The notes beneath the pieces are model-generated. The model saw only the letters and a list, made by a program, of their open reading frames with translations. It did no database searches and was not told the origin of the DNA. The position numbers were made by a program, and so were the translations under genes. From assembly GCF_009914755.1 (NCBI RefSeq), contig NC_060947.1: a stretch of 64,000 nucleotides of DNA; one strand, written 5' to 3'. This document shows positions 1-14,221 of the stretch, piece by piece; the stretch's first letter is position 1, and each line of letters opens with the position of its first letter. This DNA is from the human T2T-CHM13v2.0 reference genome, Homo sapiens.

Positions 1-16
1 CATATCTAAGTACATT

Positions 17-675
17 TGTGGCAGGCCAGGTCTCACTAACACAGGCCTCCATCACAACTGTCCCAGCACGTACTGAGTAGCTAGGTTAAACATTAAAAGC
101 TGATTGAGCCACTGCCCATATACAAAGCCTGGAATGTAACAAAGAGCCCACCAAGAGTTTTGCCTAGGCTTTTCCTGGATCTTGAAGCATGACAAGATAA
201 TGAATGAATTCTTAACAGGACCCTTTTAGGATTAAACAAGTTTTATTGGGGGTCTGAAGAAACTCCACAGGCCTCCACAAACAAGTTTACTGGGGTCTAA
301 AGGAACTCCCCAAACCTTTATGATTTAGCAGGAGACAAGATAAGGGTAATTACCTCAGTACCTAGACCCATTTAGATTAAGTAAACTTACTGAGGCTCCA
401 GAAGAAGGTCTTCAAGACTCACACCTAGTTATAGATTAAAAGAAGTTAATCATTTATGTCTTTCGACGATTGCACACTTTCACGTAGACATATAGCTTAG
501 AAGGTATATGAGCTCCAGAAAACTTTGTAACTTTGAGTTGGTCTGGTGATAATTTCCAGGCTTTCTCCCTGTAACCAGTGGCAGAAAATAAAACTCTGTT
601 CTTCCCCAGTTCATTTGCATCTCGTTATTGCGCCGTGAGAAATAGCAGCCTGACCCTCAGTTTGGTCTGGGAACA
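17..675 (+). mobile_element. ERV1 solo LTR, MER39-like
   Basis: TG...CA termini (TGTGGCAGGCCAGGTCTCACTAAC ... GGTCTGGGAACA), AATAAA at 587-592 and an imperfect 4-bp TSD catt/aatt. Confidence 0.75.
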
Positions 676-1429
676 AATTGACCTATGTTAACTTGTTTTT
701 ACTGTCTAACTATGAGACTTTATGTTTGAACCTGAAAGTTCCCTTGCAAATAATTCCACTGAGGAATTAATGGCTTATTTCAAAATACTCAGTATTCTCA
801 TTGCGTGTTTTCTTTTGCTCTTTGGTCAGAGTAAATAGATTGAGATCTTATCAGATAATCACAGTAGTAATATTATAATCTCTGGGAAGGCTATAAAAAC
901 AATTAAAGGATAATGAAAGATTTAAAAAAATTATAGCAGGTTTTTTGGCAGTAGAAGAATTTTAACTAATATGAAAAGTATGTGGATTAAACTTGTTTTT
1001 CTCAGTTTTGGTGTGAAAGTCCCTTTTCCTTGTGTCAGGGTATGACATTCTAAAATAAAGTTAATTTTGGCATCTTCCCCCTTATTTTGATGTACGTGGG
1101 GGTAGTTTGGTAGTTAGGCAGATACTCATCTCTTTAACGTAAAATTGTTTGCCTCCCTTGTGCTGAAGCTGTTTGCCTCAGGGAATACTTAGGTTGGAAA
1201 CTTATAAGAGAAATATCTGGCCTTTTATAGCCTTTTTTTTTACAGGGCTCCCATCCAAGAACCACCTGGAACCACTGATTTACTTGAAAAACATTCAGTA
1301 TTATTAGCTACAGTCTAAAGAAAAAGAAAAACAGAAAGATCCCCAAAGGGGCAAATTCCAGAGACCCTAACTCAGATGGAAGGCTGCCATTGTTTATTTA
1401 CCAAAAAAGTTTGTTAAGCAAATGAATAC

Positions 1430-1640
1430 AGTCAGAAGCTTAAACTTCAGGTATGTCTCAAATTTACATGTGTACATAAATCACGTGAGCATCTGCTTGT
1501 TAAAAATGCAGATTCTCATTGCATTTTAACAAGGTTTTTTTTTTTTTAAGTTGTGTTTGGGGTAGGACCCAAGAATTTGCCTAACAAGGTTCCAGGTGCG
1601 ACTGCTGCTGCTGGTCGTGGACCACACTTTGAGCAGCAAG
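1430..1640. mobile_element. MER5-like hAT-Charlie DNA transposon fragment
   Basis: Contains ttgttaaaaatgcagattc and gctgctggtcgtggaccacactttgagcagca, typical MER5 motifs. Confidence 0.6.
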
Positions 1641-2401
1641 GTCTTCTCATGATTCATTTGTTTGTAAACAGCACCAAAAAAAAAAAAAAAAAAAAAAAAA
1701 GCCCCGGTGACTCACAAGAGCAGGCCAGGCCAGTTGACATGAATAGCAGTACTTTATTTACCAAAACCGGTTACATTAGTGCAAGTAACTGCTTTAATTT
1801 TCAGATCATTGAAAATTTCTGTGATTCAGATTGGTTTAAATGGACTGTGAAAAACCCTGCGTTAGGACCTCCAGGCTTTATCTTTTGAAAACTGATACCT
1901 AGGTTTTACTAAGAGACTCCCGCCCCACTTCTCCTCCGTGTCTGTTTTGAGAACCTCTTGATGACAGAGTTGGCCCAACTGCCTGTGGTTGGTACCCTCT
2001 CTTCTAAAGAGTGAGTAGGAGAGAGCAGTTCACATTGAGGTTTCCTACCTATCAGTGTTCTCCTCCTTTTCACTGGGGAAAACACATAATTCTACATTAC
2101 TGTTTCACTAAGACTTCCTACATCCAACTGTGCATTTGGACACACCGATACACCAACGTTCTCATACTCATTCACACACACAACCATGGGAATTTAGCAA
2201 ATTGAATTAGAAATGAGAAGAATAGCATGTAGAAAAGGAGAGTCCTTCAACAGAAAGCCACCAAAAGAGGTCATATAGTACAATCCCTTGCCTCCCAGTT
2301 AGCAGGACAGAGCCTTAACTCGTGAGATTGGCTGCAAGTGTTGCTTTGTCTTTGCAGTCCAAAGTAGCACTACCCAATTGAACTGGAATATGAGCCACAT
2401 A

Positions 2402-2522
2402 TTTTTTTTGAGACAGGGTCTCACTCTGTTGCCCAGGCTGGAGTGCAGTGGCGTGATCTCGGCTCACTGCCACCTCCGCCTCCCTGTGTTGGGATTACAG
2501 GCATGAGCCACTACCCCTGGCC
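2402..2522 (-). mobile_element. Internally deleted Alu (about 120 bp)
   Basis: The Alu 3' end (polyT, gagacagggtctcactctg) is joined directly to the 5' end (gggattacaggcatgagccac...ggcc). Confidence 0.85.
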
Positions 2523-2909
2523 TCCATTGACTTTTATATTAACATTTTCTCCCTCCTTACCTCCCTTTCTTCCCCCATTCCCCAGAACTAAAAATCATAA
2601 CTTTGTCTATCAGAGGACTTCTTTAATTTTTTATCTTATTTAGATGAAGATTATTTATAATTTTAAAACATTCCATTAGCTAAGCATTTAATATTACTTT
2701 TGTGGAAAGTTACATGAAAGTGGGACTCCCCTAGAGAATTGATGATATATCATCACTGTAAATAGAGATGATGCTCTCGTTCCACTGTGCCAAGCCCTGA
2801 TCCATATGCTCATGACCTAAATGGCAGGAGAGAGGATTAGTTGTGTTCAGGAAGGATGTCTAGAGTTATCACTTGCTAATTTTCCCCTTTATTTATTTTT
2901 ATTTTTTAA

Positions 2910-3231
<322 letters not shown>

Positions 3232-4479
3232 TTGTTTGATTATTATTATTATTGCTTATATCTGTAATGTATAAGTAAGTGCCCCAGGTAGATACTCATG
3301 TCCATGGAGGGCAGGTGAAGGTTCCAACGAAGGCCAGGGAATGAAGGGATTGTCACCATGGGCCTAGTTGTGACTGTGATGGTCAGGACATATTGGTTTT
3401 AAAATGTGGTGATGATAATAACAGTAGCAGTTAGCTTTCACTGAGGTTTAACTAGCTGTCTGGTATTCTTTTAAGTGCTTTCAGTGTGTGAACTCACTTA
3501 TCCTCACAATGACCCTGTTACTGCTGTTAGTGCCCTCATTTTCCAGATGAGGAAACAGGCTCAGAGAGTTGAAGTAAATTCTCTGGAGTCATATAGCTTG
3601 AAAATGGCTTAGGTAGGGTTCAAGCCCAGACAATCTACATGGAAACCAGTGTTCCATTCCCTTGCTTATCTCTGAAGGCACTTGAATCTTTGCCAGTTTT
3701 ACGAATATGAGGAGACCAGAACCTTCTTAGTGGCTTATCTTATAATTACCCTTGTTAGCAAATTATTCTAATATTAAGATCCTAAAAGGGCATACATTTC
3801 ATATTTTTTAACATTTCAGAGGTAGGAAACAGTTGGAATAGGTTTGGCTTCCAGTATTTCAAAATTTTAAATATAAATATAGTGGAAACCTAATTCATAT
3901 CCAACCAGTTGACATCACATTTTTGTATTCATATAATTCTCAGGAGAAAGACGGAAATGATAAGAAGCAAGCTACTATTGATTTAATCTAAGAATAACCT
4001 TGCAGGTATATCTTTGGCTCAGTCTACACACTGAGCTCAATTTCTCGTATTTTGTACATACGTCATTCTAAGGAGTGATCCCTGATGTTTGCAGTGGTAA
4101 CCCAAAGGCTCTGTAAGATTTATTATCAAAGTTTAAAAAAAAATGTTTACCATTCTCTACTAAGGCGGAAATGTGAATATATACATCAAAGAAATTTTTT
4201 TTCTATTGTGTTGATGGGAAAAAAGGCCTTGTTGCTGTAACTCTAGTTTCTAGAAAATTCAGTAAAGCTGAAGTTCCCATGTGAACATTTTGGCTGGGCT
4301 AAGTTCTTCTGTATAAACCATGTCTTGGTTTGTTTCATTGTAGACACTATGTCCCCAAACTGCTTATCTTTATTCATATATCTCATCTCTGCCAGTAGGT
4401 ATTTTTTGCTGCTCCCTCAAATTTTCTGCATTTTTCTTATAGAGTAAACCCTGCTAAAGCAAATAATTATTTTGACACT

Positions 4480-4894
4480 TGTTAAAATAGTAATGAAGAC
4501 TATTCAGGACTATTGCAAGAGGTGTCAAGTCTATTGCAACAGGGGAGAAAGATTAGGCCCAACTCTAAATACAGCAAAGATAGCTGGAGATTTATAGCCA
4601 GTGAGGAGAATGAGGGGGTCAGTGGATGGAAAATTATGAAGAGGAGACATCACGAGCAGGGAAATTCTTGTTAAACCAACTTGACAGGATTCTTGTGGAA
4701 GGCAGGCCAAGGTGATCAGGATGGGGATTCTTTCTAAAGTGACTTAGCAGGATTCTTGCTACAACTGGACTAGACAGGCTTGTCGAGGACAGGATGGGGG
4801 TGGGAGGCTGGGAGGAGGGTAAGGGCAAGACGTACTTGAGAAGAGGGCTCAGAGGAGCCTGACTAAACTTTGGTCAAGGAGAGAGTCTTTGTCA
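4480..4894 (-). mobile_element. ERV1 solo LTR, MER31-like
   Basis: Reverse complement begins TGACAAAGACTCTCTCCTTGACCAAAGTTTAGTCAGGCTCCTCTGAGCCCTCTTCTC; has internal caggattcttg repeats. Confidence 0.75.
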
Positions 4895-5924
4895 GCTCTC
4901 AGATCAAAGCTAAAGTCACTGATCTCCTGTCATATATTAAAACATTCTATATGCAGAAGGTTAATCTAGTTAAAGCAGAGCAAATCTATTACACTTCAGA
5001 TTCAGATTTTATTAAGTGAAGAACTAAAACTTGACTCCCTATGTAGAACAATTCACTAATTTCTCCTGCACTCTAGCAGCTATTCTATTTCTCTTTAAAG
5101 ACATTGTTCATGTCCCCAAGTAATGCCATGGATGCCCTAAAATATCTTCCATTTTTTCTGAGCTGCTCTCTGCCTGAGCAATTCCAGTAGTAATTCTTAT
5201 CCTAAGAAAAGAATTCTCCTCCCACCCCATACTGCTACATCTGGTGTTGAAGACTTAAATACCCACGTGGGTCCAATTGCAGTGGCGGAGTTTGAACTTG
5301 CAACCTCAATACACTAGAAGTTCACCTCATTAGTGAGCTAAGATAATTGAATTGATGTACTGCCATTAATATTCTTTAAGTTCTCCAATTCCCTCGCTCA
5401 CTGTTTCTCTCAGTGGTTGAGTAAATGAGATGTAACTATAACGTTGATGGCAGAAGTCACATGAAACTCAGTGTCATGCATTATAGCATTGCCCTTATAC
5501 TGAGGAGTTTTTCGTTCCTTGCAAATTCAGCTGCTCACAAAGGTTGTTCTCAGTAAAGCCACTGTACAGATAAAGACAATGGTCCCTTCATCACAAATTG
5601 TGAAAGAAAGGATATTCTCTTTGGCTACTAAATGCCCGTTTCTGTTTGTCTAGTAAGTGGTGTTGGTTATTATTATCAAGATCACTTTCCAGAGAAACTT
5701 TGCTGAAGACCTGTCCAAATTAAGGCAAACCATGATGATTTGGTTTTTTAAGGGCTTTTTAATATATTTATAAAATATTGACCTAATATAGAAATTACAT
5801 CTGATTTTCTGCAAAGTTGCATTGATAGCTCATAGCCCAGCTCTGCTCTTACCAACATGGGCAAATCAGTTAACTTCTTTGAGCTTGTTTTCCTGTTATA
5901 AATGATGCAAGAGTTTCTGTTGCT

Positions 5925-6712
5925 TTGGTAATGCTGTGTAACAATCAATCACAAAGCCTCACTGGCATTTGACAATAAGCAGTTACTGCTGATGCATCTG
6001 GAGTCAGTGGTGGGCCCCCATGCAGCTCTGTTGATTTTGGCCAGGCTGGCTTGAATTTCTGGGGGTTGGCTGATCAAGGTTGGCTTTGGCAGAGGTGATT
6101 GGAATGACTCGGCTCTGCTTCATGTGTCCTGCTTCCTTCAGCCGGCTAGCCTGTGCATGTTCTCATGGTGATGGCAGAAGTTCAAGCAAGCAAGTAGAAA
6201 CATGTGAGGTCTCCTGAGACCTAGGCTCAGGACAGGCATAATGTAATATCTGCATTTTGTTGGCCAAAGCAAGTCACAAGGCCGGTCCAGATTTACAGAC
6301 TAGGGAGATAGGGTCTGCATTTTTTTTTTTTTTTTTTTTTTTGAGACAAGGTCTGGCTCTGTCCCCCAGGCTGGAGTGCAGTGGTGCGATCTCGGCTCAC
6401 TGCAGCCTCTGCCTCCCAGGCTCAAGCCATCTTCCCACTTTAGCCTGCGAGTAGCTGGGACTACAGGTGTGCGCCATGATGCCCGGCTAATTTTTGTATT
6501 TTTTGTAGAGATGGGGCTTTGGCGTGTTGTCCAGGCTGGTCTTGGACTCGTGAGCTTAAGCGATCTGCCCGCCTTGGCTTCCCAAAGTGTTAGGATTACA
6601 GGTGTGAGCCACCTGTAACTCTGCATTTTTAATGAGAGGATCTGCAAAGTCACACAGTAAGGGGTGTGGATAAATGAAGGAGTATGGCATTAAAGCTGTC
6701 AGTGCTGTGTAT
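5925..6712 (-). mobile_element. MLT1-type MaLR LTR interrupted by an Alu
   Basis: MLT1-like motifs (ctgtgtaacaatcaatcacaaa, ttggccaaagcaagtcacaaggcc, ctgcaaagtcaca) occur on both sides of the Alu. Confidence 0.65.
6318..6613 (-). mobile_element. Alu inserted in the MLT1 LTR
   Basis: PolyT plus Alu body; tctgcatttt is repeated on both flanks. Confidence 0.9.
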
Positions 6713-7052
6713 CACAAATAGGGATAAAAGTATACCTCCTTCTTTCATTTGAGGTGAGAGTTAAATGATATAATCTATGTAGAAGGCCTAGCATAATACC
6801 TGGTACACAAAAAGTGCTCAGTGAATGTCATCTACTCTTATTGCTAATATTGCCATGCCTAATGTTAATAATTAAGATAGAATTTATAATATCAACTTCC
6901 TGGCACAGGCTGTGGCAACTTCTGCATTTAGATTGCCTCTTTTTAATTTATCATAGAGTGAGGGAGGTGCCTGGGGGGTTTTGCTGTCGCTACTCCTCCA
7001 TACATGCCTAGTATAGTAGCTTTCATTGGAATAAAGATCCTTTTCATGTTAG

Positions 7053-7466
<414 letters not shown>

Positions 7467-10171
7467 TGTAATTTCTAGAATAGGTCCAGATTTCATAACC
7501 CTCTGCAGGCTAAATCTTGTTACAACAAATATCATCCGGTCCCAATCGTGACAGCTCATTTATGCAATCTTCGGTCAAGTAACATCCAGCAAAACAAGTA
7601 ATTTAGATAGCTCATTGGGAATTCTTTTGAAATAAGTATGAACACTTACTCTTGTCCTTGTCTTTGAGTGTGCTGCCACGACGATGACACATTGGCTCAC
7701 CTTTCTTGTTTGTTTTCTCCATTTCTGGCTAGCATTGGGCAGTGTTGCCTTTGCCACATATTATCAGCCACAGTCTTGTCAAGCAGATCTGGTCAGACCT
7801 ATGGAATGTGAAGACCCTTTATTAGAAATTCATTTACCTAAAGAAAACATTTATGCCTTCCAACAGATCTGAATGTTGGAAGTGACCAGACATAGTTACT
7901 TGCTGGGGAGAATTTACCCACAGCCAAAGGCTAGACTATTTGAGACTGATTGACTTGTAAATATTATTCTGGTTTCTGATCCATCCTCTCTTAAAGTTGG
8001 AAAGTGGAAAACAGGAAAAGATGAGTTATAAAATTAGAACACAGCCTATATGTTCATATCCAGCAAATAGAAATATAAATATCTACCTGAGTCTTATGAA
8101 TATATACCTTTAGATAAAAGGACATGAGAAACTCCTCCTGTACCACCAGAATAACCCACTTTATAGCACCAAATAATTTGATTTTTTCTTCTTTTGCCAA
8201 AATGTTTAATAGCTATGTAACACTGCTAATCCTGACAAACTGATATGATTTATTCACTCACTTGGCTGCCAGAAACCTCAGCATTTTCTAACTATCCTTA
8301 GTTCTTCTGGTTTAACCACATGTCCCACTTCAATATAGGTCACTTTTTACTTATTTTGTTGCCATTATTTTTTATCAGGAGCCAATCCAAGGGCATTTTT
8401 ATAAATAGTTATAGTATAAGTAATTAATTAATGAATATTTCATATTTATTGGTGCATTCATTTATTTAATGTCTGTGTTTCTAGTAAAGTGACAATTGCC
8501 AGAAAGAAAATTTTAAGAGTCCCCCTGAGATTAAAGCCTATTTCTTCAGGGTTATCCACATAAATTATTAACAACGATTTCCATTTTTCACATTCCACCA
8601 ATCAGTGGTTACAACTCAAGAAAACTTGCCCTGTTCTAGAGCAATGAGAAGACTGGAAACATTTTAATCTCATGGTTTTTTTCCAGATATTATAACTTCT
8701 AAGTATGTTAAAGAGGAAAGCCTACTCAACATTATGCCTTTTCGTTAAGAATTTTATTAACATTAAATTAGTTTAAGGTTAATGCCCATAATCAACCTTA
8801 CTGATTTTTTTTCTTTTTCCTTTCTTTTCTTTTTCAGAACTCCTAGCCTATAATTATTCCTACTAGATATGTACTATATTTTTAAACCATTCCAAGCTGT
8901 TTGTCATGTACCATGTTGACATCACCTATCTTAGAATGGACTAGGCTAACTTACAGAGTCACTTGATTTCCACTAAAGTTTGTGTTTGGTAGTAGGCTAC
9001 AGTCATTCTGGAGACATTTGCTGTGAACCTTGTCCCCTAATATAACGATGGATTTTCTATTCACTGATAAGTTCTACTCATGGATTCAGGCTTTGAATTA
9101 CTAAATCAGAGTAGGTCTCTCTTTTCAAAAATGACTTCACCTAAAAAGGGTACCATGCATTTTTTTTTTCCCTTTTTCAGCTTTCATGTTGTTAAATCTC
9201 ATGATCATATCTGCACAGCACCATATTTTCTATGAGTGAGTTTGTTAATATTTTCTCTTTATACTATTGGAATAACTGTTATCTGTTAGCATATATGAAA
9301 GATATTTGATTCAATTTCAACTCTGCTAGGTGCCAATTGAAGGTTTCAAAAAGCATAAATTGATCAGCTTGTATTTACTGAGCATCTGCTATATTTTAGT
9401 ATTAGGTATGAATGTGAGATATGGACTCGTGAAAAATCATATCACATGAGATATGAAATCATAAAACTAACAAAATTTTAAATTAGCAGAATACTTTTTT
9501 GTTTGCTTACATATTCATGATCTCATTTGATCTAAATCATGGTTCCTGTTCTCAAAGCTTATGGGTCTTGTTAGGGAGACCAAATAAATATAAATGAAAA
9601 GACAACAATTAAACACACACCTATGTATTATTCTGATTTTAAGCCTCACAGGAACTCAGAGAGGGAATTGAAAGTGTGGGTTTAAGTGTTTGGGATTCAT
9701 GGGTATGAGATAGGATTTGAGTTGCCTTGTGGGATTTCTTTATTATCAGGGACAAAGCTTTGAAGAAAACTACAACCGATCATGGGGCAAACTAATCCCT
9801 CCTTAAAGCAATGTTGGCATATGTCCCTTCAAATGTATTAATAGAACCATCATGACTCATTTATGCAAAGTACAGAATTCTTATGTCTATGTGATGGGAG
9901 GAAGGGTAAGGAGAGGGCAAGAGGAGCAGGAGAGATAATTTATAATTTGCTAAGATAGGAGCATCTCATTAAAGTAAAGCCCTGGATTGAAGGGTAACAA
10001 GTGCCTATGCATATGTGACTCACCAATGTCTGGTGTCTGATGTAGAACTCTATGGGCAAAATCCTGGGGTGCAAAGAATGAAAAAGGAAGAACCTATTTT
10101 TAGATAACACTGGTTGAGGAAGAGAACTAAGAACTGCCCATAGATCAACCAAATGAACTGTATTTTTATAG

Positions 10172-10513
<342 letters not shown>

Positions 10514-11396
10514 TAAATAGATATTTAACAAAACGTTGCTTTGCCTAGAGGGCTCTTACCCTGAATATGGCAGATTTTACCAAAATAACACTTGAGTTAA
10601 TTTTTATATGTTATATTTTGACCTTTGACTGGCTCTAAATAAATATTTCCTATGGATAACTTCACCTTAAGACTTCCACTTTAAGGGATTTCTATTAATG
10701 TTATATGCTGCCTGGTTGAGGTGTGAGGTCCAAGTTTGGTGAAGAAATACTATTTCTCTATTTTTTTCTTATTTTAAAATTACAGCAGGTTTTTGACTTG
10801 ACTGAAGGCAATGTTATTATGTGATGCTGTAGAGTAGTCTAAAGATAAAAATCAGAAGTGTTCAGTGATTTATCTTCCTAGTTCCAGCATGCTAAAATAA
10901 TTATTTCTCTTATTTGCATTGACATGTCAACCAATGAAATTAATCACCTTCAAAGATTTTCCTTGTTCTTGAAGTCTGCTGGGGTAGTTCAACACCATTT
11001 CACAGAAAATGTTATACAATAAATCTGTAAAGTCTGCCAAAAAAAAAAAAATTGAGAACCTGAGGTGGGGGATGGTGTGGGGAGTGGAGGTGCCAGAGAA
11101 GACAAGGGCAAAGAGCAGCTGAGGCTCATGGGAAAAAAAAAGTGATTTACCCGCGTTTTGACAAATGTGAGAGGGCCACAAAGAGTGAGTTACCGAAGTG
11201 TGGATTCAGGGAAGACAGAGGTGGTGGGGGCAGGGGAGGAGGTGGAAGAAAAGGCAGAGGAGGGAGGAACTGGCATGTGAATAAACTATTTGTCATTTTT
11301 CACTCTGGCAGTGGGCTGAAATGTTTTTGCCTCTTTTTATTTTCATTTAGAATGCCAATCAATGGGTTACAGACAAAGAGCTTTGAAAACCTTTTC

Positions 11397-11697
11397 TTAT
11401 TTATTTATTTAGAGACGGAATCTTGCTCTGTCGCCCAGGCTGGAGTGCTGTGGCGCGATCTTGGCTCACTGCAACCTCCGCCTCGCGGGTTCAAGCAATT
11501 ATCCTGTCTCAGCCTCCCAAGTTGCTGAGGTTACAGGCATGTGCCACCACACCTGGCTAATTTCTTTTTTTGTATCTAGTAGAGACGGGGTTTCACCATG
11601 TTGGTCAGGCTGGTCTTGAACTCCAGACCTCAGGTGATCCAACCGCCTCAGCCTCCCAAAGTGCTGGGATTACAGGCGTGAGCCACTGCACCCGCCC
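11397..11697 (-). mobile_element. AluS
   Basis: Perfect 13-bp TSD tgaaaaccttttc at 11384-11396 and 11698-11710. Confidence 0.95.
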
Positions 11698-12147
11698 TGA
11701 AAACCTTTTCAAAATGCATTAAATTTTAATGAATTTGATAGCCATTTTAATGCCTGGGAGATGCTGGACAGGGAGGGTCCTATGAAACCAAGCTGCTTAG
11801 AGAGAAGTATCTGGAAACACTCAGCCCCATTTTAATAATAGCCACATACTCCATAAAAATACCTCAAAGAGAACAGGAGCAAAATGACCTTAAGATTCAT
11901 CATAGGAATCCAAAAATTCCAAAATTTGCTGAAGATCTTTTTAGCTTGGAGAGTGCTTATTTTTTTGATAATTTATTTTAAAACCTAATAAAATGTTTTG
12001 CTTTTGTACACCTTGTCCCAAATAAATATTTTCTTTGGACATATTCAACTTTTTATTATTTATTGGGTGCTTTCTATTATTGCTACATCCTGGCCAGGGT
12101 ATTGAGAGGGAACCTTTTATTGTCCTCTTTGTCCCTATCTGTAAATA

Positions 12148-12706
12148 TAGTAATCCCCCCTTATCTGAGACAGATACTTTCCAAGACCCCCCCCAACCCC
12201 CGCCCAGTGGATGAGACTGGGGATAGTACTAAACTCTATATATACTATGTTTTTCCTATGCATATATAACTATCATAAGGTTTATTTTATAAAGTAGGCA
12301 CAGTAAGAGATTAACACCAATAACTAATAATAAAATAGAACAGTTATAATGATATACTGTAATAAAAGTTATGTGAATGTGGTCTCTCTTTCTCTCAAAG
12401 TATCTTATGGTATTGAACTCATGCATGTACTTCCTATGATCTGTCTGATAACCAAGATAGCTAGCAAGTGACTATTGGGTGCGTATATACAGGGTGGAGA
12501 TGCTGGACAAACGAAGGGTGATTCACATCCCGGGCCAGACAGGCTGGGATGGCATGAAACTTCATCACACTAATCAGAATGGTGTGCAATTTAAAATTTG
12601 TGAATTGTTTATTTCTGGAATTTTCCATTTAATATTTTCAGAACACAGTTGCCCATAGGTAACTGAAACTATGGAAAGCAAAATCGTGAATAAGGGGGTA
12701 CTACTG
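12148..12706 (-). mobile_element. MER44-like (Tigger/TcMar) non-autonomous DNA transposon
   Basis: Terminal inverted repeats tagtaatccccccttatc ... gaataagggggtactactg, flanked by TA dinucleotides at 12146-47 and 12707-08. Confidence 0.8.
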
Positions 12707-13592
12707 TACTTCTCTTCCTAGTAATATGTTCATGCTGCCAGGATGCACATAGCCATGTGCGAAGAAATATAATTTTTTAGATAAACCTCCCTTTAAGCAG
12801 AAGGTCTCAATCCTATTTCATGGAGAAAAGACCCACGTTTATACTAGGACTCTCTCAACCTTCTACATCTAATCTTTAGATTCTTCTGCATGCCTGCCTA
12901 TCATTTTAATCTTCTCTCCTCTCATAAGTCTGTCTCATATCTAAGGTGAATCCTTCCATATAGTCTCTGGATCCCATCACCTCCTTTGCCCTCTGAGACA
13001 CCACTCATGGCTTGCTTTGTCCCATATTTTCAGTCTCTTCCTTTTCGCTGGATCCTTTCTATTGGTATTTAAACATAGTCAAATCTCTCAGCTTTTCAAC
13101 AACAACAAAAACAGTAGGAACAGCATTAGCAAGCATATGCATGAAACCCAAACTCCAAACCCTCAGACCCTTCCCTTAACCCTACCTCTACTTCTCTCCT
13201 ATCTTTGCTTTTTCTCCTTCATAGACAAACTCAATTAATTTGTCCAGACTTGCTGTCTTCGCTTCCCACACACTCTTCATCCCACTAGTTTGGCTTCTGT
13301 CCCCATCCCTCTTTTTCTTCCAATTTTCTCAGTCTTATTGAATGACGGTGTTTGCCAATATCTTTCTGAAGCCTAGGAATGAATCTGACTCTCTCTACGT
13401 TCCTCACTTTCCCACATAAAATGAGTCACCTGTTTCCATTGGTTTGGTCTCTAAATCTCTCCTTTGAGTCCACCCACTTCTTTCCCTCCCCATTGCCCCT
13501 CCCTAATTTGGGAAGATATAATTTCTTTTTCTCTGTGAACGTGATGGGCCAGCCAATGCATGTTGCTACATGATGAGTCCCTAAAGACTTAG

Positions 13593-13907
13593 GGCCAGGT
13601 GTGGTGGCTCACGCCTGTAATCCCAGCACTTTGGGAGACTGAGGCGGGTGGATCACCTGAGCTCGGAGGTTCGAGACTAGCCTGGGCAATATGGTGAAAG
13701 CCCGTCTCTACTAAAAATACACAAAAATTAGCTGGGCATGGTGGTGCATGTCTGTGATCCCAGCTACTTAGGAGGCTGAGGCAGAAGAATCGCTTGAACC
13801 TGGGAGGTGGAGGTTACAGTGAGCAGTGAGCCAAGATCATGCCACTGCACTCCAGCCTGGGCGACACAGTCAGACTCATTCTCAAAAAAAAAAAAAAAAA
13901 AAAAAAA
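13593..13907 (+). mobile_element. AluS
   Basis: GGCCAGG start, A-tail and TSD-like aagacttag/aaaacttag. Confidence 0.92.
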
Positions 13908-14221
13908 CTTAGGCATGCTGATAGGCAAAAGATCTAGTCCCCGGAGATTTCCTTGTCATTTTAACATCCTCCTGATGTGGGTTTTCTGTTTGAAATTGTG
14001 ACTTATGCATCTCTCAGTTGATTCCCTTTCACTCCCTGGCATTTCTCTCTGATTTTGGGAGGGATCCTCTGTTGTTACTAGAGGCTCTGAGCTCTCCACT
14101 GTTATTTTAGCTCTTTGGTCAGGTCCTGGCTCTGGTCCTCATTAGCTGTGTCAGCTTGAGCAGATCATAGACTCCTTGACCCTTAATTTCCTTATCTGTC
14201 AAATAAATGGTTTCCCCTGGT

